A stretch of 64,000 nucleotides of DNA from positions 76,694,001 to 76,758,000 of the forward strand of contig OX597822.1 in the NCBI GenBank assembly GCA_951406725.2. Reading direction: 5' to 3'. Numbering within the stretch: position 1 is the first letter of the stretch; each line of letters opens with the position of its first letter. The DNA comes from Octopus vulgaris (taxonomy: Eukaryota). The notes beneath the pieces are model-generated. The model did no database searches and had not been told where the DNA came from. It saw only the letters and a program-made list of their open reading frames with translations. Positions 40,690 to 53,839 of the stretch are shown piece by piece. Made by a program: the position numbers and the translations under genes.

Positions 40690-41260
40690 AATCCAACCAT
40701 ATCCAACCAAAGTATTTTACTTGTTTTATGTTCAAACTGGCCACAGCTGGCCTCTCACACCTAACCTATAATGTCATTCTAAAAATAAACAAGAGCACTC
40801 AGAGAGCACAAACCTCCACCAAAGGCAACACCAATATCATCTCGATGATTAGCCAGAGATGATTTTTAGAATGAGAATATCTGAAATAAACTCGACTGCT
40901 TTCACAAACGAGAATACTAAACATGAACCCAACCGCTCTCAAAAATTAAGTAAAAAAAGAGGAAAAATAATCCAGAATCCTTGTCCGGTACCAGATTGAT
41001 CCCAAAATCTAATCGGATGTTTGCCAGTCATGAGGTCAAACATCCCTGAAAGTTTCATCCAAATATCCAGCTGTTCTTATGACATCTTGTTCACAGACAA
41101 GCAAAGAAACACGGCTGGAAATATTGCATCTGGCTTCGCTAAGGTGGAGGTAATAATCACATTGTCAAAATCTCGAAGCTATGGGATAATGTATGATTAA
41201 TTCAAAACAATATAACTACATAAGCATTACATTTGACAGGGTAAACTGTGTACTAAAGGG
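40690..41260. mobile_element. piggyBac-type MITE (left end eroded), interrupted by a HINE-like element
   Basis: Ends ctaaaggg|TTAA at 41260; internal sequence resembles the reverse complement of 43339-43392 plus 43861-43984. Confidence 0.65.
40789..41153. mobile_element. Helentron-associated (HINE/DINE-1-like) non-autonomous element
   Basis: Asymmetrically placed subterminal inverted repeats acctccacc (40812-40820) / ggtggaggt (41143-41151); no clear TSD. Confidence 0.6.
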
Positions 41261-41430
41261 TTAAACTCAGACTGAAAATAATCACTGCAAACATTCTATA
41301 CTGTCTCTCTCAACTCAGCACATTCTACCTTCTACAGATTAAACATATTCTACATCATCAATCTACCACTGTTTTGCTGAATATTCATGTCATATGTTTA
41401 AGCTTATGATAAGAGATAGAACAAATCATA

Positions 41431-41900
41431 ACATTATTTACATTTGACGGATATTTGTCCTCATCTTGTTTGTTCTTAACACACCATTTTGGCTGATATA
41501 CCCCACCAGCCTTCATCAGGTGTCTTGGGGAAATTTTGAACCTGGGTTCTCATTCCTAAGGTATTTTTGATATTATTATTATTATTATTACTACTACTAT
41601 TATTATTATTATTATTCAGGTCACTGCCTGGAATTGAACTTGGAATCTTGGGGTTAGTAGCCCGTGCTCTTAACCATTACACCATATAACCGTGGGCAAT
41701 TATGGAGTGAATTTTTAGGGCTTATCTAATATTTTCCTATCCTTCCTTAATACTGGTTCCCATATGCTATTCATATCTGCACCTGATGAAGGCTGGAGGG
41801 TATGTCAGCCGAAACGTGTTAACAACAAACAAGATGAGGACAAATATCCATCAAATATAAATAATGTTCATAATTCCTCATCTCTTAAATATAAAGCTGT
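41431..41900 (-). mobile_element. Family E Penelope-derived fold-back: ORF end, tRNA-like head, (AAT)n and HHR, plus an inverted HHR arm
   Basis: Flanking duplication AAATCATA(ACATT) at 41423 and 41901; minus strand IWEPVLRKDRKILDKP* ends at 41715, tRNA-like head from about 41691; HHR motifs at 41478-41524 (-) and 41779-41820 (+). Confidence 0.85.
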
Positions 41901-42697
41901 AAATCATAACATTTTAATCATAACATTTGAAATGAGTTAGGCACAACAGATTGTTTAGCTTAATCATTAATAATTTATAAGGAAGTGGAAATTCCTCACA
42001 TCACCTTAGAGTAGCAAGACAATGTGAGACTAATGAGAAAATGGTGATCGCTATATCAGGTAATTAGTCATTTCTAAGATAGTGTTAATTTATTCTCAGT
42101 TTTATAATTAAAATTTGTTTCTTATTTTGTATGTAAACTGGAATTCTGTTGATTGTTTTACCTTATTTGGTATCCTATGTCTGGAATACTCTGGCTTCAT
42201 TTCAATAAGTTTCAAAGCAATGAAGAATTCCTCTTTGATCTTTAACTGCTTTGTCTTTGCACCACCTTGAAGAATTTTTGTCAAACGAATAGACCCCAGG
42301 GTTTTTTTTTTCTTCATGCCTGATACTTACTTTATTGGTACCTTGTACTGAACTGCTAAGTTACAGGGATATAAACACACCAACATCGGTGGTGAGGGAC
42401 AAACACAAGCACAAAGACACACACATTTAAATATATCTATATACGATGGGCTTCTTTCAGTTTCCAACCACCAAGTCCTTTCACAAGGTTTTGCTCAGCT
42501 CAAGATTATAATATAAGACACTTGCTCAAGGTGTCACACAGTGGGACTGAAACTGGAACCATGGGATTGGGAAGCAAACTTCTTAAAATAACTTTTATCA
42601 TATAGAAAAAGGAGTAGTTATAAACCCTTCATGCCCCAGGCCTGACATTTATAACTTCAATAATTACTCTATGTACAAAAAGTACCAGGAATGGTCC

Positions 42698-42957
42698 TTT
42701 AATACTGGTTCCCATATGCTGCTCCTATCGCCACTCAGTCTGCTAAGGAGCTTATTATGTCCTAGCATATGTACTGCTTCTTTTAGTTTTCCTATTTTCC
42801 AGTGGTGTTCTCTGTCTATTATTTTAACTTCATCCCACAGGGGGAGGTGGTCTCCATTTTACCATATGCTGTGTTAACAACAAACAAGCTGAAACATTGT
42901 GTTAACAACAAACAAGATGAGGACAAATATCCATCAACTGTAAATGATGTACAAATA
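42698..42957 (-). mobile_element. Penelope-like GIY-YIG endonuclease C-terminal fragment with an inverted family E tail
   Basis: 42870-42697 (-) reads IW*NGDHLPLWDEVKIIDREHHWKIGKLKEAVHMLGHNKLLSRLSGDRSSIWEPVLK; 8-bp TSD AATGGTCC (42690-42697 / 42958-42965). Confidence 0.8.
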
Positions 42958-43392
42958 AATGGTCCAATGGTTGAACATCAGGAGGTAGACTGTGTTGTGG
43001 ATTAGTCTTTTCTGTGAAATTGGGAATTGTGGTTGATGTAGTAATCTTCAACCATGTTGCCATAATGTTTTCAATGTCATATTCATCACTTTTGTTTTTA
43101 TCGCTTTCATTATCAAAATCTTCCTCGTCCAATGAAGATTCATAAACATCAATATCATATTCATCCAAAGAGAAATCACTTTTTTGTATATTTTGTGCAT
43201 CATCAAGAGTAAAACCTTCAAAGACAGAATTGCTTCTTGCTGCCACCATATCATTAAAAACTAAGATATACACTTCTCTTCAAACATTAAAAAGACCAAG
43301 CAGTCTCAAAAATATCACAGTATTTTTATTTGAATAAAGGCAGGAAAGGTTTTATCTTGCATTATCTCAAAGCTTCAAGAATTCAGTAATGT

Positions 43393-43854
43393 CATCATCA
43401 TCATCATTTAAAATCCGCTTTCCATTCTAGCATGGGTTGGACGATTTGACTGAGGACTGCTGAACCAGATGGCTGCACCAGGCTCCAATCTGATCAAGCA
43501 GAGTTTCTACAGCTAGATGCCCTTCCTAACGCCAACCACTCCGAGAATGTAATGGGTGCTTTTACATGCCACCAGCATGAGGGCCAGTCAGGCGGTACTG
43601 GCAACAGCCATGCTCAAATTGTGTTTTTTATGTGCCACCTGCACAGGAGCCAGTCCAGTGGCACTGGCAATGACCTCGCTCAAATGTTTTTCATGTGCCA
43701 GTAAGAGGATGCTGGTAATGATCACACTTGAATGGTGCTTTTTACGTGTCACCTGCACAGAATCCAGTTAGTTGCTCTGGCAATGATCACGCTCGGATGG
43801 TGCTCTTAGTGCTCCACTAGCATGGATGCCAGTCATCGAATTTGATTTCGATTT
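43393..43854 (-). mobile_element. RTE 3' UTR fragment (family C) with 6-bp TSD
   Basis: TAATGT at 43387-43392 and 43855-43860. Confidence 0.8.
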
Positions 43855-44237
43855 TAATGTGATTAAAACATTTTTTTTTTTAGCAATTTCATAGAGAAAT
43901 TAGATACGGCTGGATTTGGCTGGTTCAAACAAAGAAAGGGAAAATTATTTTCAGCCAGTTTTGGTCAATCTGAACACTAAAGGGTTAAGGTTGGAAAGCG
44001 AGCAGAATCGTTAGCATGCTGGGCAAAGTGCTTAGCAGTATTTCATCTGCCTTGACATTCTAAGTTCAAATTACGCTGAGGTTGACTTTGTCTTTCATCC
44101 ATTTGGGATCTATAGAATAAGTACCAGTTGAGTACTGGAGTCAATGTGACCAACTTAACCCCCCCCCCCACACACACACACAAATTTCAGCCCTTGTACC
44201 TATAGTAGAAAGGATTATTATTATTATTATTATTATT

Positions 44238-44296
<59 letters not shown>

Positions 44297-44637
44297 TATT
44301 ATTATTTATAGGACTGAAGTAATTCCTCCAGAAGATACAGAAGCAAAAAAACAGAAGAGTTCCATTGTCATCAAGTGAATGATATTTCAACTTCTCGTAT
44401 GTCTTCAAAAAAATAAACGTGTTAATCTATTCTTTTTTTTTTTTTTTGCTTCTATATCATCTGGAGGAGTTACCTCAATCCTATAAATATTAACCAAAAT
44501 GAAGTAGATTGACACATTTATTTTTTGAACTTGTGGAAGACACACAAAATGTCGAAATATCGTTCACTTGATACATTGGCACTCTTCTTTTTTTTTGCTT
44601 CTATTATTATTATTATTATTATTACTATTATTATTAT

Positions 44638-45175
44638 TGAGTGAGAGAGCAGTGCATTCCATCAAAGTGACACTGGAGTAAAATATATGAAGCCCAGTAT
44701 CTCCATCATGACTATCTGTTTGATAAGGGTACACTAGGCATATGCATCACAACCATATGTGTGCGACATGGTGATCTCATATCAAGATAAACGGCATATG
44801 ACCTTGCAGGTGGGGCCCAGTTAGAATTTTTGTCTGGTCAAGTAACCCATCCTGCTCAAAAGGTCCCTGATTAAGGGTTGTTTAAGGATGTTGAACGAAA
44901 CACCCATGTTTCCAAAGGTGAATTATTCAAACCCCAAAGAATCCCTCTCAACACATGGCTATGATGCTCCCCAACTAATTCTGATCAGCTGGTTAAGGTC
45001 AAACAACTGACAAGCAAATCTGTGGTATTGAGCAGAATATTTGCTGTAGCCCATCTTTTATACCAAGACAAAACAATGTACATGATGACACTTCAAATTA
45101 GTTAAGATGAGGAGCCATGAAAGCCACTGCCTGGTATTGCATCAGGGTATTAGAGCTACTGCCTGGTACTGCATC
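44638..45175. mobile_element. Unclassified interspersed repeat within (ATT)n
   Basis: 44922-45045 recurs at 19846-20012. Confidence 0.6.
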
Positions 45176-45224
45176 AGTATTATTATTATTAGTAGTAGTA
45201 TCATCTTTATTCTTTCTTCTCCTG

Positions 45225-45515
45225 GGTTATCTATGTCATGTCTCAGCTCCTTCCTGCAGCAACACATTCCTCAACACATCAGCTCTTCCAAGTATTGCTG
45301 TCAACTGAATACTTCCGACAAAGTTTGGTATTTTCAACTTTACTTGCCAGACTATTGCTTTCTGTGACACACTGCCAAGTGCGCTGGTAACAATAGGGAT
45401 CACATTCACTTTTGAGGCTCCATGGATTTATTTCACTTCCAATGCTAGATCCTTGTAATTTTCAACTTCCTCGTCCTCTGCCTTCACAAAATTCTGGTCT
45501 TCCGGTATTGAACAT
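45225..45515 (-). mobile_element. R4/Dong-type non-LTR fragment (restriction-like endonuclease C-terminus)
   Basis: SIPEDQNFVKAEDEEVENYKDLALEVK*IHGASKVNVIPIVTSALGSVS...IQLTAILGRADVLRNVL matches the E.EK..KY.DL..E...V.PIV.GALG...LG.A.ILR.VL pattern. Confidence 0.75.
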
Positions 45516-45660
45516 TGTAGGTCCATTCTTTGGATTCCTTCCACAGGAGACTGACATCTTATTGGTTACATTGGAGCTCATACTACTTGTTCTGACATTC
45601 TACCACACGGTCCCTGCACAATTCCCAGTGTATTCACACTATCATCATCACCATCATAAA

Positions 45661-45693
<33 letters not shown>

Positions 45694-46335
45694 TATTATT
45701 ATTATCATTATTATAATTATAGTTTTTATTGTTCCTCTTTCATCTCACTTGAAGCAAAATATAGAGATTGTTGTGTTGTTAATGTTGTTGTTGCTTTTAT
45801 TGTCGCCATTAGTCCAACTGTGTTAGCAAATAGGTTCTTTGGATATACCTGTGCTATGTACCTGACGGTAACATCTGCTGTTAATTATTTCCTGGCATTT
45901 GTGTGCATTCATGTGTATGTGTGTGCACATATGTGTGTATGTGTGTGCACATATGCGTGTATGTGTGTGTGTATGTTTGAGCTTACATTAATGAGAACAG
46001 CTGGAATATATTAACACAGATTATTTTCTGTGCCAAAATTTAAAGAAGCCATTTCATTTGATATAAATATCAACTCACATAGACAACAGAGTCTTTGAAT
46101 TAAAGCAGTAAAACTGGGGCTTTTTTGCTGCAGGGGTTCTGAGAGGGTAAGAGAATATAGATGTGGAAAAAATATACAGAACTGAAGTAAATATGAAGAT
46201 TAAATAATAAAAGCAGAGTGGTACCTCTTATAATTTCTAACCAGCAGAGTAGTGCCTTGCACTAACAATAACAGGGTTAGAGATTGAATACCTCATAATG
46301 ATGGTACAAAGATTAACTGTTTTCCTCTATATGTA

Positions 46336-46409
<74 letters not shown>

Positions 46410-46470
46410 AACATATATGTACACATACATATATACACACATACATGCACACATATATACATATATATAA

Positions 46471-46525
<55 letters not shown>

Positions 46526-46621
46526 TATATGTATATATATATATATACATATGGATATATGTATATATATATACATATAGATATATGTATATATATATAT
46601 ATATATATGTATGTATATATG

Positions 46622-46674
<53 letters not shown>

Positions 46675-46801
46675 CATACATACATATATCATCATCGTCA
46701 TTTAACATCCACTTTCCATGCTAGCATGGGTTGAACGGTTTGACTGTGGGCTGGCGAACCAGGTGGCTGCACCAGGCTCCAGTTTTGATCTAGCAGAGTT
46801 T

Positions 46802-46873
<72 letters not shown>

Positions 46874-46878
<5 letters not shown>

Positions 46879-47130
46879 TGCATGGCTTGGTGGATAGAGC
46901 ACCGGGCTCACAACCATTAGATTGTGAGTTTGGTTCCTGGTCCGGGCTGCCCATTGTGATCTTGAGCAAGACACTTTGTGTCACGTTGCTGCAGTTCACT
47001 CAGATTTAGAAATGAATTGCGACGTCATTGGTGCCAAGCTATGCCGACCTTTGACTTTCCCTTGAATAACATCAGTGACGTAGAGCGGAGAAGCTGTTAT
47101 GCATGGGCGACTGCTGGTTTTCCATAAACT
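46874..47130 (+). mobile_element. Family H SINE (3' truncated)
   Basis: Matches the reverse complement of 63420-63673. Confidence 0.8.
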
Positions 47131-47772
47131 TTTTACCCTTTTACCCTTTGTGTATGTATACTGAGAAAGAAAGATAATGATGCCAACAAAAAATTGTTGG
47201 GCTAGATATATAAAATATACATACATGTAAATAGAGGGGAAACAAGAACTGCAAATTTTCAGATGATGAACATTCATGTTTGAAAAAAATATATGTATTT
47301 ATATATTAACAGAGCAGACTCATACAGAGAGCAGAGACACAAAAAAATTAAGGAGAGAAGGCGTGGTATTACAGGTCGGACAGTGCTAAGTGTTTTCTAT
47401 ATTGAGCATCAATGGATCTCATCTGCTGTCTCCCTCTCTCACTCTCTCTCTCTTTCTAAATGCATGCATATATATGGCGGTGCCCCAGCATGGCCACAGC
47501 TCATGAGCTGAAACTAGAATCAATCATAGAGAGACAGACAGACAGAGAAGGAAAGAGAAATACATACATATATATACATATTTATATAGGCATAGGTATG
47601 GCTGTGTGGTAAGAATTTTGCTTCTTAACTGTAGGGTTTCAGTTCAAGTCCCACTGCATGGTACCTTGAGCAAATATGTTTTACTATAGCACCAGACCAG
47701 CCAAAGCCTGGTGTGTAGATTTGGTTGGTGAAAATCGAAAAAGCCTGTCACTTACAAATATAATATATACAT

Positions 47773-47819
<47 letters not shown>

Positions 47820-48026
47820 AATTTAGCTAAAAAAAAATTTCAGTTGGACAAAATTTATAAAATTTTTTTGAAATATTATATTTACATAGTCAACTGGTTT
47901 CACTTGTGCTAATCATAACTATGAAGTTAGTGATAATGTTGCAATTTCATGCTACTATAAGAAGGTGGAAGGATATTTTATAAATGAAGGAGGAAAATAA
48001 ATTTATATTTAAATATAATGTGTATA

Positions 48027-48890
48027 CAGAGTGCGATGGGTAAATTGTCACTAATTTATATTTTTAATTTGACAGATGTACATCGTTTAATTTTGATTTT
48101 GTCTACTACACAGTATAGTAGGATCGGTTTGGCACCATCTGTGAAAAAAAAAGCACCATGATGCAATTCACTCTGCCAGAAATTTGGAAATGACATGCTG
48201 TTCTGCTTGGCATTCACACTGTAAGCTCTAATACCCATATTTCAGAGTGTTTGAGTGTCAACCTCAGGACATGTACCAAGAGTGATAAAAATCAAACATC
48301 CAGTCAACATCGTGGTATTTGGTGTGATCACTAGTGATGATGATGTTATGCCTCCATTTATCTTCTCACATGACATCATACCCACACAGAGGCCTACATC
48401 AAGTCCCTGGAAGAGATGGTGCTGCCCTGATTAAAGAGGGTGTCTGCTGGAAGACTTTATATCTGGCAACAGGACACTGCACCATGCCACACAAGCAAGA
48501 GATCCCAGTCATGGCTGTCAAACAATTTCAGTGACCACATCACCCCCAACATCTGACCACCTAACTCCCCAGACTGCAATCCCCTTGATTATTATGTGTT
48601 GGGTGCAGTTAAGTGAAAGACCAACAAAACTCCTTGTAACACCAAAGATGAACTGAAGGCAAGGTTTGTGGTAGCATTCACCAACTTATACAAGGAAACT
48701 GTCCAGGGGAGTTGCAGAAGATTCTGAAGTCATCTGAATGCCTTGGTTGAAGCCAATGACGATTTTATTGAATAAATTTACTCTTTAGTATTCCAAGATA
48801 GTTTTATGTCATTTTGGTAAATATATCTGAGATGTCAGTGTTATTTCCATTTTTGCGTAATTTAGATGACAGTATATTCACCGCGCCCTG
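48027..48890 (+). mobile_element. Internally deleted Tc1/mariner-superfamily transposon, DD37D (maT) type
   Basis: TA flanks; imperfect 24-bp TIRs; decayed ORF WQQD-TAPCHTSKRSQSWLSNNFSDHITPNI*PPNSPDCNPL-DYY with 37 residues between the second and third Asp. Confidence 0.88.
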
Positions 48891-48894
48891 TATA

Positions 48895-48947
<53 letters not shown>

Positions 48948-49084
48948 TGTTGTGTCTGGGGAGAGTCATTTTCTTTTTGTGCCTTATAATGTAACACACT
49001 CACCAGTAAAATTTCCACTTATTTTTATTTTCCTAAAATTTTCGTTGCATCTTGCAACACACACACACACACACATATATATAT

Positions 49085-49286
49085 ACTCTTTTACTTGTTT
49101 CAGTCATTTGACTGTGGCCATGATGGAGCACCACTTTTAGTCAAGCAAACCCACCCTAGGACTTATTCTTTGTAAGCCTAGTTCTCATTCTATTGGTCTC
49201 TTTTGCCGAACTGCTAAATTATGGGGACGTAAACACACCAGCATTGGTTGTCAAGCAATGTTGGGGGGACAAACACACACACATAA

Positions 49287-49325
<39 letters not shown>

Positions 49326-49485
49326 TATATACGATGGGCTTCTTTCAGTTTCCGTCTACCAAATCCACTCACAAGGCTTTGGTCAGCCTGAGGTTATAGT
49401 AGAAGACACTTGCTCAAGATGCCACGCAGTGGGACTGAACCCAGAACCATGTGGTTAGTAAGCAAACTACTTACCACACAGCCAC
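49085..49485 (-). mobile_element. Family B SINE
   Basis: Near full-length match to 31566-31965. Confidence 0.85.
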
Positions 49486-49707
49486 AAGCTGGAGCTGAAT
49501 TTGTCTTGCTACTCAGATTTCATGCCAATATAGTCATCAAGCAAGCTATTTCACCTGATGATTGCATCAGTGTGAAGCTCAAGTCATGTGACAAACTCAC
49601 AGCTTCAGTTTTTATTAAACACCAAATCATCTACAACATGGATTGAAATCCCGTTTCTCATTTGTCTAACATTAAGCAATTTACATACACACATATGTGC
49701 ATGCATG

Positions 49708-49750
<43 letters not shown>

Positions 49751-49756
49751 CATAAA

Positions 49757-49787
<31 letters not shown>

Positions 49788-50019
49788 ATACATTTTTTTC
49801 CCGAAAAAATTTTTATCCTATATCAATGATAAATAGATTACTGTTCACTTCTGGATTCTATCACTCTGTGAAAGTTTCTAGTTCGAATCACATGTGTCTC
49901 GAGGTGCGCCGAAGATTTTTCTATTTTGGATATATTTGGGGTACTTAAGTCTGCTCGGGACTTGGTGCTTGCTTCTTCCATGGGTATGAATAAGTATTTC
50001 ATTTATATCTCGCATATGT

Positions 50020-50076
50020 GCCGCTGAAGAAGGGAAAATTTCTTGTGAATTAACCCCGAAATTGGACCAATACTGT
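50020..50076 (+). ncRNA. Type I hammerhead motif in a CpG-rich repeat (about 49790-50260)
   Basis: gccg-CTGAAGA-A-GGG(aaaatttcttgtgaattaac)CCC-GAAA-TTGGACCAA-TA-ctgt; core intact, one stem I mismatch. Confidence 0.65.
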
Positions 50077-50256
50077 AATAACGAATATTTTTAGAGATTT
50101 CTATCGGTTTGTTTCGAGACTCATAAATTTAATGGTTATCGACAATTTTTTTGTTTCGGCGTATCTGGAATTAGAATTTTTCTTCTGCCCTTATCTTGTA
50201 AATTATATATAATACATGTATATTTTTCCCTGTAAGCTTGGAATTATATTCCCTAA

Positions 50257-50351
<95 letters not shown>

Positions 50352-51649
50352 TATATATATATACAAAAATACAAACATCACCTTGCATTATGGATCCATT
50401 GCGTTCCTGAGCATTTTCTTGTAATGTGAAATGCCATAATGCGAACATATTTCCCATTATAGAATTCCATATTATGGCAAAATTTCCAAGAACACATCAG
50501 TTTTGTAATGCAATAGGGATGCCTGTAGATTTATTACACGTGTATATGCATATATACTTGCGTGTGTGTGTGTATGTATGTGTGTGTGTGTATAAGCCTT
50601 ATGAAGAATAACATTGCTGCATATTCTTCATCTCAAATTGTGTGTCAGTGATCAACTGCACGCTTTTAAATGTGCATGTGTATATATTTGCATGCATGCG
50701 TGTACATGTGTGTGTGTGTGTTTGTGGGAGAGTACGACTGTTGCTGTATATATATGTGTGTGTTTGTATGTGTTTGTGTGTATGTGTAAGTGTATATAAG
50801 TGTGTGTTGGTGCATGTGCATGCTTCTGTGTGTGTTGCACATACATACATGTCCAAATAACACTTGATTATTTGAATTTTGCATATATATATATATCTAC
50901 AGATGTATTTGCATGTGTATGTATACACATTTGTGTGTGTGTGTGTGTGTGTATGTGTGTGTGTATCTATGTGTATATATATATATATGTATGTATGTAA
51001 ATGTGTATGTGTGTATTGCATGGTTCTTAGTATGCATGTGTGTGTGTTTAAATTTATCCATGTGTATGTGTGTGTATGTATATATATATATATATTATAT
51101 ATATGTATATATTTATGTGTGTGTGTGTGTGTGCGTGTGTTTGTATGTATCTGTATTCAAATATACATGTGTTTATATTTATTTATGTGTATGTGTGTTT
51201 AAATTTATACATGCATATGTGTAATATATATATATACCTTTTTATGTTTGTACGTGTCTATATTGGAATGTGTGAATGTGTGTTTATATTTATGTGTGTG
51301 TGGGTTTATTTAAATTAGACAGAAATTCACACGAGCTGGCTTGCTTTTGTTTTTTTTTTGTTTATTATTATTGCTGGTTCTTTTTTTCATCAGTTATTTT
51401 CTTTTAGTATTTCTATTTATTTACCTTTTTACAACCTTTTTTTTAAATTCTTCTTACATTTTTGGCTCACTTGTTAATAACTTCTTTCAGAATTCATTAA
51501 ACTGTTTCTGTAGAATTGACGCCAAGAAGAACATGAAGAACGAGAAGGGCTGGTGGAGTATGTGTGCAATGTTATGTATCTACATATAAACTACACACAC
51601 ACACATATATGTGTGAATATGTCTATGTGTCTGTATGTGTGCATGTATA

Positions 51650-51686
<37 letters not shown>

Positions 51687-51721
51687 GTACATTGCTTGCA
51701 TTGCATGTGTTTATGCATATA

Positions 51722-51762
<41 letters not shown>

Positions 51763-52468
51763 ATGGATGGATGCATGCATGTATGCATGCAAGTATATGT
51801 ATATATGTGTTTGTGTGTGAGGATTTATGTGTGCAACAGCATATATGCAAATGGGTCTGCTTGTGTTTTCACTGGTGAATATTCCTGTTCTTTGATCATT
51901 GGAAATACATAGTCATTGAATTAGTATGCATGTGGCTGAGTATCCCACAGATAATTGGTCTCTTAATATAACCTTTAGGTAAAATCTGCTTCACATAATG
52001 TAAAGAAGCAACATTACATAATGTGGCAATTCTTGTTGAAAGGTTTCCTCGCAGTTTCCATGTATCCACCTTCATTCGAAAGATGTTGGTTGATCTGAGG
52101 TTATGGTAAATATTTGCCTAAGATACTATGCAATGGAATTGAAACCTGAACCTCTTGATTACAAAATTAACTTCTCAGTCACTCTGCCATGTCTACAAAC
52201 ACACACATACACATGTGCACACATACATTCATATACACACACAAACGCACACATCCTCAGGACTGTGTGGTGCTACTAAATGTCGCACTCAGGAATGTCA
52301 GGACAGTCTGTAAAGTGGTCTGTAAAGACATCTAGAAATAGAAACTATACTTAACTTGTAACATGGCAGCAAGATTCAGTTCCTCACCAATGTCCAACAA
52401 CAGAAACTCCAAATTAGAAGTTGACCTGAACAACAAGATCACACCCAACACATGCCAACATAGAAAGC

Positions 52469-52642
52469 ACATTATTTACATTTGACAGATATTTGTCCTC
52501 ATCTTGTTTGTTGTTAACACAACGTTTTAGCTGATATACTCTCCAGCCTTCATCAAGTGTCCTGGGGAAATTTCGAACCTGGGTTCTCATTCCTGAGGTA
52601 TTTTTTAATGTTATTGTTGCTGTTGTTGTTGTTGTTATTATT

Positions 52643-52737
<95 letters not shown>

Positions 52738-52957
52738 CATTCAGCTCACTGCCTGGTAATGAACTCAGAATCTTGGAGTTAGTAGCCTGCTGTTTTAATC
52801 ACTATGCCATATGCCCATGGGTATATGGCGTAGTGATTAAAAGAGCAGGCTACTAACATCAGCCAAAACGTTGTGTTAACAACAAACAAGATGAGGACAA
52901 ATGTCTGTCAAATGTAAATAATGTAAATAATTCCTCATCTCTTAAATATAGAACAGT
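52469..52957 (-). mobile_element. Family E fold-back with 80-bp central palindrome
   Basis: TSD ATAGAAAGC(AC) at 52460 and 52958; palindrome 52778-52857; decayed HHR 52516-52561 (-); internal microsatellite expanded to (ATC/ATT/GTT)n. Confidence 0.85.
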
Positions 52958-53178
52958 ATAGAAAGCACGTGTTAAATGGTTAAATGGTAATGATATATAA
53001 TACATGTGAGTGTGTCTATAGGTATGGCTGGGTGGTAAGAAATTTGCTTCACAACCACATAGTTCCTTGTTCAGCTCTCCTGCCTGGCAATTTGGGCAAG
53101 TGTCTTCTACTATAGCATCAGGCCACTTGTGCAATAATTTCATGAGCAGGCTGTTTCATTGATTGGGTCAACTGGAAC

Positions 53179-53338
53179 TACTAGTGTAGCTAGAGTGGGG
53201 TGAATGGGTGTGGACCACCCCTGGCAGCACTTTTATGGGAGTGGCCCCACTTTTGGGTCTGCTGTATTTTTTGTGGAGGCCCAGATGCTGCAAACTGAAG
53301 GGCCACCCTGGGTAGCACACACTCTAGCTACAATGTTG
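53179..53338. mobile_element. hAT-type MITE
   Basis: 8-bp TSD ACTGGAAC (53171-53178 / 53339-53346); inverted tgtagctagagtg / cactctagctaca near the ends. Confidence 0.85.
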
Positions 53339-53444
53339 ACTGGAACACACATCATAATAACCATTAGAACACCAATTTTTTTTTTTTTTAATATCGATTA
53401 CTACTGATTCATATATTTTCATGTGTTATCTAAGGGGTGAATAT

Positions 53445-53805
53445 ATATAAGTTCAGCAAAAATTTAGATTCAGATAAATATGGTACTTAAGCTGAGGCAC
53501 CAGAATTTAGTATGGTATTATCCATGCAATTTCAAAATAAGGTCATTAAAATTAAAATAAGGAACAAGGATATCCAGAGGTAATGCTGTACTATCGTTTC
53601 ATGCAACTCCATTTAATTGAACAATGCAATCATTACATCAATTTAAAATGCAGAGTAATCCTCAGCTGCACAAATATTGCTCTACATTTGCAGCTGAAGA
53701 TTCCTCTATATTTTAAATTGATGTAATGATTGCATTGTTCAATTAAATGGAGTTGCATGAAACGATCTTACTGTATTACCTCTGGATATCCTTGTTGCTT
53801 CTTTT
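53445..53805. mobile_element. Penelope-like fold-back with a hammerhead in each ~117-bp arm
   Basis: Arms 53554-53670 and 53689-53805; TGCAG-CTGA(A/G)GA...GAAA-CGAT(CT/AG)-TA. Confidence 0.8.
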
Positions 53806-53839
53806 GATATATATATATCTGTGTGTGTATGTATGTGTG

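Larger units (their letters stand above)
42625..43984 (-). mobile_element. Internally deleted piggyBac element with a transposase N-terminal remnant, carrying two nested insertions
   Basis: Termini (taaa)CCCTT...AAGGG(TTAA). Minus frame 43250-42962 is an acidic tract followed by W...IPNFTEKTNPQHSLPPDVQPLD, like the region preceding the PGBD core. Confidence 0.65.

Noticed and set aside
50380-50445. Type III hammerhead-like hairpin
   Set aside because: The core reads CTGAGCA and stem I does not form.
51514-51557. Possible micro-exon (IDAKKNMKNEKGWW) between ag and gtatgt
   Set aside because: Weak donor, no recognisable homology, and its phase does not match the EGF exon.
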